64,000 bases of DNA, taken from the NCBI RefSeq assembly GCF_008831285.2, contig NC_045138.2, positions 26,474,001-26,538,000 on the forward strand. Reading direction: 5' to 3'. Source of the DNA: Nymphaea colorata (taxonomy: Eukaryota). Position 1 is the stretch's first letter, and every line of letters begins with the position of its first letter. Made by a program: the position numbers and the translations under genes. The notes under the pieces are model-generated. The model ran no database searches and was not told the origin of the DNA. It worked only from the letters and a program-made list of their open reading frames with translations. This document shows positions 1 to 14,400 of the stretch, piece after piece.

Positions 1-3000
1 GAGATGCATTGCTGTCACCTGAGCCTTGGAATCCTGTTGAAGAGAGAATCTTGGTTTATGTTTGAACTGGGGAAAAATTTTGATATAAAGAAGAAAAAAA
101 TAGAAAAATCAAGCCATAGGAATGGAACTATGAATTCTTCACAGTGCCTTAAACTCATAAATTTGTCTCTGAAGACTTAAGAAGATTACCGCAATTTCTT
201 CTTCATATAAAATGAATGCTTGAGTGAAAAATTCATATGCAACAGGTTCAAGTTCACAATCATTTGCAGCCTGGGACAGTGAAACCAAAGGATGCTTGAA
301 TAAAACGAATTGTCATACAATGGAGAAAAAAATAGTTGAAATAACTTTCACCGTATACCTCTGCACACTGCAAATATAACCTTAATGCCAGTTCTGGAGA
401 AGGCACTAGTGACAAAGCCTCTATTATCTGCAATTAATAAGTGATTAAATTGATCAACATACAATTAGCACCTACAAACATCAAGAATAGAGGCATGCAA
501 CCATATAGTTACAGATGAACAATGAAGCGTAGGACAGACTCCCAATGATTGAAAATATTAAAGCTGAGACCAAAATGACAATAACTATAGATGGATGATC
601 AACAAAGAATCCAGAAAAGTAGTCTAATTAACTTTTTTCCTTTAGGTACAACAAGCAGAAGACCTTTTTTTCCTATTATCTATACCTTTTTTTTTACATA
701 CTTAATGAAACTTAATCTGCAAAAGGTCATCACTCAAATGTCGCTTTAAGTTTTTACATATATTTCTTGCATCTATTATTACAAGTAATACTCCAGATAC
801 CACTATCAAGTCTTTTACTTTGTGTATCTCATTGTGACAAGTCTCCAAGATGTTATTCACAATAATATGATGGAAGAGTACAACACAACATTGTTTACCT
901 GAGTCAATAACTGAAAAATTTTCTTTGGTGTCACATCCCCCTCTTCACTTGCTCCTTGCCCTTCTTGACCTTGTAAGCTTCTTACCAACTGCAGAATGAA
1001 TCATGAAAGTGAATTTATACAATAGTAGAAAGTATTGTTTAACGAATTTCCATGGGCACATCATTGTAGCAGGATCTATTAACTTTAAAAAATTATATAC
1101 CATACAAGAATTTCAACAAGTTCATTAAAACTTGAAACTTGAAAATGGTTGCTTTTTGCACATCTGAGATGTCTCCTACACTACAAACTGATGAAGATGC
1201 AAGTCCAGAACCAGTACATGTACAAGAAGTAAGCGAGACATGCTAACAAATATGTGGAATTGCAATATTTTCCATTATTTACAATCAAAATATATTGTCA
1301 TAACAAGGAACCAAATATACTTCTATGTTCTATCAATTATGCCATGTGCATTGCGAAAACTGACATGTGTTATTACACCTGTGAGATTTTTAAAAAAAAT
1401 AAAAAACAAAATAACCAATTCTTTAGAGCTATTGATCGCATCAGCACAAGAACTACATCTTTCTAGACAACAAAATACAATATATAAGGTCTCCCACAGC
1501 CTATATGTGCATGCTTATATGTCAATAGACACTCATGTGTCCCTTCATGCATGTAAACTACAAGATAGAAGTATATGTTTCAGGTATAGACATGCATAAA
1601 TACATGCCCCCTAAATGATACTGGGGGTGTGTAAAAGTCAACATTCAGCATGTCATAGTTTAATAAGGATGTTTAATACTGCTTCCAGTTTCCAGCTTCT
1701 GCAAGTAATGTGATTGTTGATTATCTCTTAGGCTGGATGGAAGAATCTTTAGAACATAGCAAAGCCATTAAGAAAGCCTATAGGAATTACTGGAGAGTAA
1801 CCGTAGGTGTGGGCAGTGAACCGACCACATAACTGAACAAGCATTATTTGTGCTTCTTTCTTATAGTTGAAATCTTATTCATTAACAGATTGCAAATGCA
1901 TCAAGAACCAAGTCAAGCATGAGTTCATTAAAAACTCAGCACACTGAATTTCACAAGCTGGCCTACTGTGAGAAAAGACTCTCTAAGGAACTTCCACGAA
2001 GCATGTTTGCTGCAAAGGTGGTTGAATGGAATTTGGTAAAATTACGAAAACACCTGCTTTCCATGGTTTAATGAAATTGTTATTTCCCTGTGCTTGGACA
2101 CAGGATGCTTTTCCCAGTTACCAAATATTTTATGTATATAAAGAATCATAGAATGAATAAGTTAATTTTACCTTCTCACTAGGTTGAATATCTTGCTAAA
2201 AAAGAAAGATAGTAAAGGGCTCACCTTAAGAGCTGAAAATACAAGGGGTGGAATGGTGAAAGGGAGCCGCCTTGGACCACCTTGGAGGACATGCTTTTTT
2301 ACGGTAGTTATGATCTGAATTGCCATAGAATAAAACAGTCGAAGTGTCAACTTATTGATGCAAAAGAAACACACACAACAGAAAAGGAAAAGGAAAAACA
2401 CAAGGAAACAAAGAAAGCAATAACAGCTAGACAACTAGTTTTTTTCTTCTTCTTCTTCTTTTCTTTTTTTTCTTTTTTTTTTTTTTAAAAAAAAAAAACT
2501 ACTCATAGATGCAATCGGAAGACTATCAACGGTTCCACAATCCACATAAGGTCCTTCTGTTTCCGTTTATGACCTATAAATAATAGTCCAACAGTTTTCC
2601 TTGTCATCTGTTTACCTTCATCATTTCCTCATGATCGTCATTCATTAACATGTGTATGAGTCGGGCTACAGAATTTTGCTCCTCCTTGAAATCTTCTTCA
2701 TCAAGCTGCTACACAGGAGAAAAATTATAAGCAGACCAACATCCTATTACAATGAATAGAAATTAGTACAAAAGCATCACACTAAGTGCAGGGATGAGGA
2801 AAAGTATAAACCAAACAAGTGAATCATTAAAAACCAAAGACAGAAAGAGGGAGAGAAAAAGAGGAGGAGGAGGATCCTGCATTAAGGCGAAAAAAATTGA
2901 AGTTATTGGATATGCACCTCATCATCAGGAGTGCCATCAATATCTCGTATCAGACCCTTCATTAGCTCAAATAGTGCTTCAACCTGAAAAGAACAAAATT

Positions 3001-6000
3001 GAAGCGTAAAAAGGACAGAATTCTTAGAAGCCAGCCTGAAAGAAAAGAGACATACTTTTTCTGAGTTTGATATTTGTGTATTATTCTTCATGATGCTTTG
3101 GATAATAAACACAGCCATGACTTTATTCGTCCCATAGTCAAGGTAATCCATGACTCGTGGATAATTGGAGAGCTTCAGTGCAGTAACAATATTGTTGTAC
3201 TTATCCAAGGGAGCACTCAGAAGTGCAACAACTTGCTTTGTCGCTCTGCTATCATCAATCTTCCCTTTGCCAGCAAGTTTTTTAACACAAGCACCCTGTA
3301 AATGAATAAGCAAATAAAAAACAGCTCAATTGCCAAGATTTAAGAAAAATAATAACATACATGCAAATCCAATCTGCATTCCTTACCAGTACTTGGTCAA
3401 CATAATCAAGTCGGTCAGGATGAACCCTTAGAGTAAATGTAAGAAGTGATACGTAGAGAGTTATAGCTCCAACAATAGGCATGTCTGGCTGTGCTTCTAT
3501 GACCTGATATTGAAATATTAGAATGTTTTAAAGGCTAAAATGGAAAAGCAATTGATAAGCTAATAGCGCAGCAATTATTCAACAAGGGCACATAGCAAGA
3601 AAACTAAAGTTCAGGATCATGAATACATTATATATTACAGAGACATCATCAAGCATCCTCAAAAAAAATGTCAAACTCCAACCACTGGAATGTAAAAAGT
3701 AGAAACAGTGCTGACCCAACAAGATACAAATATTTTAGTTCCCAAAACTGTGTCATTTGCAAACTCATGAGTCATGACCATGTTTCAGAATCATTCTAAT
3801 CATTGTCTAAAATACAGTCGTAATTGGATAATGACGTATATCAATCACCATTGTTATGAATTCCAGAGCTACTTCTCAAAGAATAGAATGACGTAAAGAA
3901 ATCTATAATGTCATGTGACATACCCAAACTCTACCAATTACCTTTACAGTTAAAAATAAATGATGAAGATTAAAGAAATAATTTTACAGCAATATACCTT
4001 ACCAATGGCAGCACTTAATTTTGCAAATGCTTCAACTTGCAAAAATTCAGGTAAAACCTGTAAAAGAAAAAAAAGACATGTGAACCTGGCCAAAGATTTC
4101 AGGAAAACTATTATGAACAACTTACTTCTGTGCTCGCAGCTGCATAATTGGATAATCTTTCCATTAACTGAGATAACACTGTTTTGATGTCGACAGTTGG
4201 CTGAAACCAACAGAGTGAGTTAATGTTTATCAATTCCTTCTTTGAAGCTGCAGTGAGAAAATTAATCTTCAAGAAAATAATGTGCTAAAATTATATAAAC
4301 AAGTATCTGTTCAATGTCATAAAATATTAGCAGGATTGGATCAGAATTCAGAACATGTTATTTAAAACCTCTGATGGAGCCCACTTTGGCTTGTGATATG
4401 GGTGTGTTTGTGTCTGTGCGTGTCTATGTGTATTGTATGTTGTGAGTATCAGTTGCTTAAAACCTAAATGATAACAGCATCGAGCATGAATTTTTGCAGC
4501 TTAAGAAGAAAAGACCGAACTAAGAGCCTGAGATAACAAACATTAAGAATATTGATGAACACAAATCAGCTTCTAGGATGACAAACATAAAAAATGTAAA
4601 TGACCACAAATCAGCTTCTAGTTCCACCAAGAAACTCCAGATTACAAAGCAAGAACTCCATTATCAAACTCAAATTTACCGACTGAGAATGCCATAATCA
4701 GGTGCCAATTTTGATGTTCAAACTAATAAAAAGGTCAGATCCCAAAACAGCATGCTCAAAATAAGGACTAGCTGAACCTTCTGAAGCAGCTGAATTCATA
4801 CTGAGAAGTTACATCAAAAATTCCAAAAAATGCTGCATCTTCGTATTTACAGCTGCACCCATCTAACATGTTTTTCTTGCTTTAAAGCTTGGCAAACAAC
4901 AAGCTCAAGCAAATATCCACTTTGAAGAAACATGGAGCCAGGGGAAGGGGAATATTTTGCCAATGACAGAGTTCATGAGATAATTTTGGTACTATGCTTT
5001 TATCATCTAAAATAATATGATATACCTGAAGCTGCGGGCAGGCATCAAGCAATGTTTCCAAGGTTTGCAAGTGATATTCATCTGGGAAGACTTGGATGAT
5101 ACAATCCATCAGGTAATATTGTGCAATCTCATCCTTACAATTGACAACCTGTCACAAGAATACATATTATCTTCATATAAAGTGAAAGCAAAAGAATGGA
5201 TCAGCATATATAGTCACATCAATAACAAAAAAGAAGAAACATGCATTTCAACCTGCTCGAGAACTCTTGGCAGTACAGTTTCTTTGTACATATCAAGGTC
5301 AACACCCTCTAACTGACTGAGAACGTGCAGATTTTTCCCAACCTAAACATATCATCCATTAAGACAGTCACTGTTAGTTGAAAATGTCAAGATACCACAG
5401 TCATACTTTTAGGCAGTTCGAAGTTTCTTATATTACAAGGTCCCGAAGCTCACTCCTTTCTTTCTCCCTTTTCTCCTTTTCCCTGGCAGGTCCCTGCAGA
5501 CATAAATCCCAATTTCGAGCCTCAACTCACCATCACCTAACAATATCAGTAATTCAAAATGACTAAAACACCTCCATCAGCATAACTAAGATTGTACAGA
5601 GAACCAACATACATATCCAATACAGCCAATATGTGCATGCCCATGGATGGTCAAGAAAGGCAAGGGTCTTAACATGTAGACACACACCTGATGTTGCATG
5701 CGCACCCAAAGTTTATTCATCTCGGTGAAATTTTGTAACACAAACTCCACAGCATCAATAACAGTGTCAGCACCCCTTCAGAGAAAAGGAGAAAAGTTTC
5801 ATAGAGTTTAGAAATGGATAAATGATAAAGTCACCATGAATTTAATGGTATTAGCAACATGACATATTTAAGCAGATTGGGCAAGTATTCTCTACTTTTA
5901 TGAAAATGCATTGGAGGAAAGGAACTGAAAATGCAATCCAACTTTTATGATACAACAGAGGTATACTATTATAAAAGATATCTATAAAGGACATGACAAT

Positions 6001-8819
6001 ATATTCTGACTATATATGTTTTAGATGTAAAATCATAGACTTCCTATGAAATTTAATAGTAAGCATAATCAGTCTATCGAATCATGTTTGTATAATAAGT
6101 TTGCTAAAATAGGCTTTAACAATTTTGCTCAGACAGGCTTTAACTAATTGCAGTGTTGAATGCCAGAATTCAATGGATCTGATACTTGATGTAATAGGAC
6201 CATGCTAACTACTGAGATAAAAGGCCGGGTTTTCTTAAGAATTAAAACTCAAAGAAAGAATCTGACACAAGATTCATGTTGACACATGCCTGAGACACAA
6301 GAAGCTAGTCAACACAGAGGACAAATACTCAAAAGCTGGCATGCACTCAAAGCACTTCAGCGGAGAAGGATGAGAAGATTTCTTTGTACTTCCTAAGTTA
6401 TCAGCATCATAGAAACCTGTCCAAAATCCTACATGCCCCATTTTCTCCAGTCATCTATCAACGATAGCGCAAGTTCATTTTGAACATGTCACTCAAGATG
6501 CAGGTTTTGATCCATTTTCATTACTCTATCTCAAACCACAGAATCATGACCAGATACTATGTCCAGCTTGCTGCAGGATAAGAAACCAACCCACTAAATG
6601 GGTCCTATAAAGAGAACCAACAACTGCAGAAATTTCTTAAACCCGACTTTTCTTGGCTTACGTATTACTTTTTGCAATAAGAGAAGCCATTTAGTTCCAA
6701 ATTCCAGCTCTCAACAAGCTTGAGCTGCATCATGATTTAATATTCCCTTCTCAACTTTCTTCCAAAAAAGACTGCTTTTAAGAAGACATAATTCAATAGC
6801 ATCACCTCTCCATTGGCTTCGAACAGTCACAATCAGCAAAAAATTTCTTTTTGTTCTTCATTACAGTTCAGCGACTTTCTATGGAAAAGTTCTAATCACC
6901 ATCTTAACAGTACAGCATTAAAACTTCATTTTTCCAACAAATAGTCTCCCTAAACAAGAATGAGAAGGAGTTGCAATATCTTTTGGGTACTTCTTCAGAA
7001 TTTTTCAAATACCATAAAAATTGGAAGATAAGTTTTAGGCAATTTATAGGTTATTAGAAACAATTCAACCTTTAAAACCCTCTTTCTCCAATCACTGCCC
7101 TATAATATCTATCAAGTATCAATGGTTTTTTCCTTAATCTTTTAGTTAATTTCTGACAAATAAATAAACACATTTGTTATCACAATTTATAGTGTTTTCA
7201 CCTTCCTTTTTGTTTAGTTGTTTCAATTTTCAGCATCTTGTTGATATTGTATTCCATACATTATATACATATATACTGTATACATATTACATAATCATAA
7301 ACCTTTTATTAAGGAAGAAAACATGAGGAGTAGAGCCGGGAGAATCCACACAGCACAAACAAGTATAGACATTGTCTTTACGTTTTCTTTTTCTAAACAA
7401 AATTAAATTTTACAAAAAAATTCTAAAGATTCACCAACTTGCACTTCTGAACAATATTGCATCTCAGTGAACAGCGAGGAGCATGAGAATATTTTGTAAC
7501 AATCTTACCCTTCATATTCAGATCCAATGTCAGGTAATTTGTCTCTACTTATTTGAGAAAGATAACTTCTCAGGAAAAGACCACGTATAGGATGCTGAAC
7601 TCCCCGACACATCTCCACAAGGTCTTTCAGCACATCTTTAGCAGGAGCCTCTTTTGACTTGATGTACACTGATCCTACCGTGCAGAGCAGATACCTAAGA
7701 AATGACAAATAAAACCCTTATACGAAAAATAAATAAATAAATAAACTAAACTTAAGTGTGCATCATCTTTCCTTTCTAAGTCTTTTCGTTTTTCAAATAA
7801 ACAGAGAGTTTCAGAAAATGTCTAAACACAAAAATAACAGAGCAAGTCATATCCTAGAAAATTGTCAATTATTTTGCAGAAGCAAAACGCACATCATATA
7901 ATCGAAATTTTTATTGTAAAATGTTTCAACCGTCGCGCAACTGACCCAAAATTTTACTATCAGAATAGATCTGTGTAACTCAAACGCATAGTGTAAATAC
8001 CAAACTTCAAACGGCTTAATCAACATTGTATATTGTGGATATTGTGCATGAAACGCGTATATGAAAGCATCCAACGCAGTCAATTACTAAGTTGTTATCA
8101 AAGCTGATGAGGCTAATTGTTGGCTGCACCACATCTACAAAGATTAGACAAAAATAATTTCAGCTGACTTAGTACAAGCAGCAAGCTTCCAATCACAATA
8201 AAAAAACAAAAAAAAAAAAAGCGCATCCGTCCGTGCTTCTAAAGTACTCCATCGGCAACAAAACGGATCCAAGACTGTCCAATTTGGCATATTAAGAAGG
8301 CTTATATTAATGTGGCATTTTCAAAACCGGGATGAACGAATTACCCACCCACAGAAGGACCCAAATCATTAAACCAGTAAAGCTTGGAAGCCTTCGCATA
8401 GTGTCAATAGATGGTAACTATTCAATCGAATTTCAGAACTTACAATCTAGGCAGAATGTTCCCAGCGTGCTGCACGAGCTCGTACAAGTCCACAATAGAG
8501 CAGCCCCGCTTAATTTCCTCCCTGAAGAACATCTCCAATCTCCGCAACTCATCAAACGCTCTCATATCTTCGCGTAAACACATTGAAGAAAAAAATGAAT
8601 AAGATAAATAGGCAGAGCATTAAAATTATGATGCGAAACGCAACAGGCGCGGCAATTACAAAGTTCATAGTATTTGTGCGGTGAGAGGCGCGACGTCCGG
8701 AGCTCGGATAACATCTGCGCCGAGTACTTGAGCGCATCCCGAAGGTTGTTCGAGTCCTATAATTAGGGTTAGGGTTAGACTCCGGATCAAAGCCACAACC
8801 ATCGGTGAAATGACAAGGA

Positions 8820-8850
<31 letters not shown>

Positions 8851-8956
8851 TTTAGCCTACGAGGGCGCGGTGCATGTAGAAGGAGTTCTGCTGCAGGCCG
8901 GCGATCCCCTCCGCGAGCCATTTCTCCTGGTCTTCTGAGCCGTCTGATTGCATCAT
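1..8956 (-). CDS. VPS35: Vacuolar protein sorting 35 (retromer cargo-recognition subunit), 5' part; gene continues beyond position 1
   Basis: Hand-spliced GT-AG exons: 8956-8861, 8756-8660, 8567-8444, 7694-7509, 5775-5688, 5493-5437, 5342-5253, 5148-5026, 4200-4126, 4057-3998, 3503-3387, 3295-3056, 2983-2918, 2705-2616, 2314-2225, 988-899, 427-359, 270-190, 33-1 (1872 nt, in frame). Protein [54 protein letters not shown]...GNILPRLYLL (PRLYL motif)...[15 protein letters not shown]...[16 protein letters not shown], diagnostic of VPS35. Confidence 0.97.
6750..7050 (-). mobile_element. Highly degenerate L1-like LINE ORF2 fragment in VPS35 intron 4
   Basis: The minus strand gives, in the order expected for the plant L1 ORF2 C-terminal region but across frameshifts and stops: YKLPKT (7048-7031), FLW (7020-7012), FNAVLLRW (6922-6899) and SSLFWKKV (about 6776-6753). 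Confidence 0.35.
8821..8846. repeat. (GA)n microsatellite in VPS35 intron 1
   Basis: Directly visible dinucleotide run. Confidence 0.95.
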
Positions 8957-9632
8957 CGTCGGAACCCCGTCGGCCGGAATTTCGCGATCTGACCGTCCTC
9001 CGATCTCCCCACTCTCGCTCCTTCGTTCTTTCCTCTCCTCTCTCCCACTCGCTCTTCCCTTAATTGCTATGATCTCGCCGGTGGCACACAGAAGAGAGAG
9101 AGGAGGGCTCAGAGACGGTAGCGCGACGAGGGTTTGACCGTGCTGGCCATTGATTGGTAGTTGGGTCCTGGCTGGGTTCGGGGCTTTGGCTTCTTAGCCA
9201 TAACTGCCGAGCCCCCGGCTCGAGCAAAACCCACTCTAGACTTGGTTGTATTAATATCAATCCATCGTGAAAGTTATAAAAAAGAGAAACCACATGCTTG
9301 TTTCCAGGTCTCACTTTCAAATCGAGTGTTTGAGAGAAAGTATGAACCAAAACAATTGCATAAGTTGTTGTGTGTGAAACACAGTGGTTACTATGAGTTG
9401 AGTTGCAATTCGGATCATCCCGAGTCTCAGGGAAGGTTGATGAGAGTCCGGTCATCAATTCGATTTTGGCTCGATTGATGTGGGCATTATGGGTAAATGA
9501 AGTGAATATGGTACCAATTTGGTGAGAGTCGGGGCCGGGGTCGGCCCAACAACTATATCCAGCCTCATTCTAGTTGACAACCAGCCAGCCCGCTTGTGGG
9601 CAGGCTTGCATTTGGCTCCACCACTGGGAAGT

Positions 9633-9722
9633 TACATTAGTTTAACTATGTAGCTCAATTAACTACATTAGTTTAACTACGTAGCTCAATTAACTACATT
9701 AGTTTAACTACGTAGCTGTAAC
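9633..9722. repeat. 31-bp tandem minisatellite, about 2.9 copies
   Basis: Unit tacattagtttaacta(c/t)gtagctcaattaac starts at 9633, 9664 and 9695 (last copy partial). Confidence 0.92.
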
Positions 9723-11424
9723 TACTACTAACAGTCTTATTCAAACACAATAAAACTATGTAAGATATTATATCCGCAACATTCAAACATTAACCTTTTT
9801 GTTCGTGATCACCAATGACATCCCCGTTACACCGACTTTGGATCCACAGTGAAACTGTCTAAACATTCGAACACGAACTTAAGTTTTTGTGATTACAACT
9901 GATTCACTTTTTATTTTTCTCACATCGTTGAATGTTAGTCGTTGAACATTTCACAAGAGAACATTTATGACATGGTTCTTTTGGTTCGTGTTCAAATTGC
10001 ATGAGAAAAAAAATCGGAGATCCCGACTTTCCATTTTCTTTCTTGAAATTTCTTTCTTCAAGGGCTGATTTCAGATAAATTTTTGAAGAAAAGTCGCTCG
10101 TTTGATTGAAGTCATACGGGCGGATGAAACTTCACCTGTTTACATACATTTTTTTTTCCTCATTGGGTATCGATTATTCCTTAGGTCCATTTTGATTACA
10201 ATAAAAAAAAAACTTCATTAGCTGTAGGACCTACTCTTATAATCAGATGCCAAATGAAAAAAAGTAAAAAGAGCTATGTGTTGAACCCCATAGTCATGAT
10301 CTCGCTTTATTGTGTTGTTCATATGAATTATAAACAGTGGATATGTGATATTCTAGCTGAAGGTATACCACTCCACACCCAAGTTCGAAGCAATCTTGGA
10401 ACTTGGGATCAATGAGATTAAGATTTTTATGTTACCATTAACCTTCATCTAACCAACTTTATAGTTTCTATATCATTAAAACTTGATGTTTTGTTTTGTA
10501 AATACCTGTTGTGTTATTTTGTATAATCTAAATCAAACTTGTTTCTCTTCTAACATATATTTTTCCCTTTGACATTAATGTAGTAACATATTACTTAATG
10601 GCTGCAATGCTCATTGAAGATAAATGTATATAATCAAACAAATGATTGATATAGGAAAAGGGACAACCCGTCTGAACTCGTAAATAATTTATCGTCTTTG
10701 AAATGGAGCGTTTGTTTCTTGTTCTTAGAACCTTGTGAGCGGGCCACTTGCGGTCTTGTGGATCCATGCATCTCAAGGGGTTTGGCAGAGCTGGTTGGGC
10801 CAACTGCTGATAAAAGGCCAGTCATTAATAGGATATCTCTGACATAAATAAACAAACACAAACGGGTTCTACGCTGCCCAGATGCAGTTTTTTGAAGTAA
10901 AAAAGAAAAGATTCATACAAAACATAGTGCATTTGTTCATTTCGCCAAGCAACGAATAACACCAGTTTGAGACCATTTACAATGTCTTCTGTAACACTGG
11001 AAATTTTTGAAAGTCTATTGAATGGGTCGGAAAATTTTCATCCTTTTCATATTCTAGAAATAAAAAAGAAATGAGTTGCAATTTTATTGCTGAAAATTTA
11101 TCCTGCTTACTCAGAAGCAATTTCCACATTAAAACGATTTCAACCCACCAAACGGCCCAGTTTAATCCAAGGTGCCCGAGGAGTGTCAAGGTTTCAAACG
11201 GGTAGACCTTGAACAACCAAATAGATGGAGAACCGGGTAGGCGTTGGACTGAAGAAGCTATTGGTGAATCTTGTTCCTGTATCCAGTCCATTTTCGTCAT
11301 CCAATTCTTGCCTGGTTCATATTCAGCCAGCAAGGTACCAGCAATTCCATTCCTTCCTCCTTTTCAGTCTGATAGTTTCGATGTTGGTCTTTGAGTTCGT
11401 TGTCCTCCCAAAACGTCAGCAGAG

Positions 11425-14400
11425 ATGCTGAGTGAACTTGCTATTAGCTGGTGCTCAAGGATTCCGCTTCCCACAGGCAATCAACTAAAACCATGCGGCC
11501 TCTTGTCTTGTTGGAATGCGAAGACAACGCGTTGCGGCAACAGTTCCCTTCGTTCTGCTAACAAGAGGTGCATGAAATCGCAGCCATTTGGCAAAATCGT
11601 TAAGTTGGTAGCAAAGGAAAGCGTTGGTTCTTTGTGGGTGTCAAGAAGGTTGATTGTAGGTGGTGGTGGAGTTCTGCCGCTGGTGATGATGGTAATGGGT
11701 GGTGGTGAAGGAAGCCCGTTTTCAGCTTATGCTAGACCTAAGAAATCCGAAATCGAAGAGGTAGAGAGTTATCTTTCCTCAATGCTTTCATATTGTTAGA
11801 ATTCATTATCCTGAAGTTTGATTCTGGGCTGGCTGGGTTAGATTCGCCTTCCTCCCCACTCAAAAAATGATCAATGGCATAAGCGGATATGTTCTGAGAA
11901 GGAACTAAAACAAGAGAAATGGTATACTTAATAAACGTGAACAGTTTTTAAATGCTGGAAGTTCGTCTGTCAATTGTTAGTTCAATGAATGTCGCAAGAA
12001 TTATGTAGCTGAAATATGATGGACTTTCGATTGGCAATTCAAGTCAAAAAAGGGAAATAGCAGGAAAATAGAATTCTTTGAGACGATTTTTCTCATGCAT
12101 GGTGCAAATTCGTTCACAAGGTTCCCCTTAACGTGCACCATTTATGCAGTTAGCACGTGGATCCAGAACTTGTTCGCAGTTGTCTTCTCTCCGGGGACAT
12201 TACAACTAAAATGTGCTACATAAAGTTGACTTCTTGTTATCATTCTTTGTGTTTAATGAATTTCCCATATTATGACCAAAAAAGCAAAAAACTGAACTGC
12301 TGTTATGATTCTTCTCAAGGTGTTAAAGAATGTGGAGTGGCCAGAGAAGTTTCCTTTCAAGGATGAAGATTTTCAACGGTTTGATGAGTAAATATCTTAA
12401 ACTTGTCCGTAGGATCTCAAGTTAAATTTCTGAAATGAGTTAGTTTCTGAGGCTATTTGATTATCATGCAACTCTGCGCCCAAACTTGTCGTACAGATTA
12501 AAAGCCGGTTTCCACCTTGCTTACTGGAATTAAACTAAATATTGCTAATGTACTAAGAAACATGATTTGGTAAAGACCAGCAATGCAATGTTTCTCCTGC
12601 ATAACTCGTCTTCATGGTGGTGGAATTTGTATATAACATGCTTGTGGCACGTGTTTGCCTAATTTTTAAGACGCGAAGCAAACATTTTTCTGTTTCTATT
12701 GTTCTAGAAGTGACCGAAGCAGATAATAGTTGCCTGGGCTCTTCAAGTTGCTGTTTTTTCTTAACTTTTTGTTTCTCAAACCTTCTTCTGTTCATTGCAT
12801 CATTCTAACTGTTTCCTGTTTTTCCTTCTGCCGGACTATTTATTTTCGTTGATTTTGCATTATTATTGCTCTATGAGCACTCTTATTCCTATTTATACAA
12901 AAAATTCTTCACGCTTTCCATTTACTCCGCTCTTTTGTTACTTACTTCTACGAGCACTCTTCTATTCCCATTTCTTTCAAAAAGGTCTTCTCATTGTCCC
13001 TGTGCTTTTTGTATCTCATTAGAGATTTATATTTTTGAAATGAAGCCCAAATGGCTGATCTCACTTTCAAAATTTTGTTATTGCTCATAACCATGTAGGC
13101 GTGGTGATTTTTCCAGAACCTAGTGTCGAGTTTATCTATTGACCTATCTGATCACTTTGTAGAGTTCTCAAACAGTACATCAAAAAATATGCTTAGATAT
13201 GTGTCCCTGTCTATTTCGGCCTCTGGTTGTCTACTCTACTTGTCATTGATATGTGCAAGTCATTTTTCTTGGCAGGTCCTCGGATTCTTTATTCTATTCT
13301 GCTCCACGTTTTGTGACACACATAGATGATCCAGCCATTAATGCACTCACAAATTATTACTCATTAGTGTTCCCTCCAAGCAATACACCAGGAGTGTCTC
13401 TGCTAGATATGTGCAGCAGTTGGGTATATGACCTTTTAAACTCTCTGTTGCTGAATTTACCCATAGCCAACTATCTTAACGTATCTGACATTTGTTTATG
13501 TTTTTATGACTATTTTTCAGGTAAGCCATTACCCTCGTGGCTATAGACAAGAGAGAATTGTGGGAATGGGAATGAATGACGAGGAGCTCAAGAAGAATTC
13601 TGTATGCCTCTATCTGGAGCACATAGTTTTGTGTGAAGCTGGGGATGATACGTCTTGGATTTTGTTCCAGAAATGCATAGAAATATTTATGTGCAAGATT
13701 TTGCTAAAAATTTCTGTATGCAATATATCTTCAAAGAAGGGAAACAAAAGATGCCGTCTCATGTTTTCTGAACTTGTTTATCATTTTCTCATACATGTTC
13801 TTTGTATAGATCACCAAATACAACGTTTTAATATATCTAAAATATGTCTACTGAAAAAAAAATATTAATTATAGCCTTATTAAGTTTCATATGCCAATTG
13901 TCTTCTAGCGCATATTATTTTTTGCCATAATATAGATGTAAGAATATAACATGTAACAAACAAAATATTACTATAAAGGACACTAGTGCATGGTAAAAAA
14001 ATGTATCTTCCAATTATATTGAAGGCAAAAAATATGTAATGCAATTTTAAAGGAATTTTATGCAAGGTTGCCTTGATGATATTTTTTTTTTCAGGTTAAA
14101 GCTTTTGGTAGTTTTATTACTGCATTGATTTTATCTATTTACATGGTACAATGATTTTTTTGTTTTTTTTGCTTTCTCTGATGTCTACGACATTTTTCAG
14201 GTTCTGACAGAGTATGTGGTTCAAGATCTAAATGTGAAACCACAACTTCCATTTGAAGGCGGGTCTTTTGATATCATAACTAATGTGGTATATATACCAT
14301 TCCCACAGCTTCATGTTGTTAGGTTATTTGTTCTTAGGCATGCGTATTTGAAACTGTATGCTCTTCCACATCTACTATTCTTGTTCAACAAACTGAATGG

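Noticed and set aside
2172..2195. 24-nt microexon (tttag|QDIQPSEK|gtaaaa) in VPS35 intron 15
   Set aside because: It would leave only a 29-nt intron after exon 15, too short to splice, and VPS35 homology is continuous without it.
9633..9722. CRISPR-like array (31-bp repeats)
   Set aside because: The units are head-to-tail with no unique spacers, there are no cas genes, and the context is eukaryotic.
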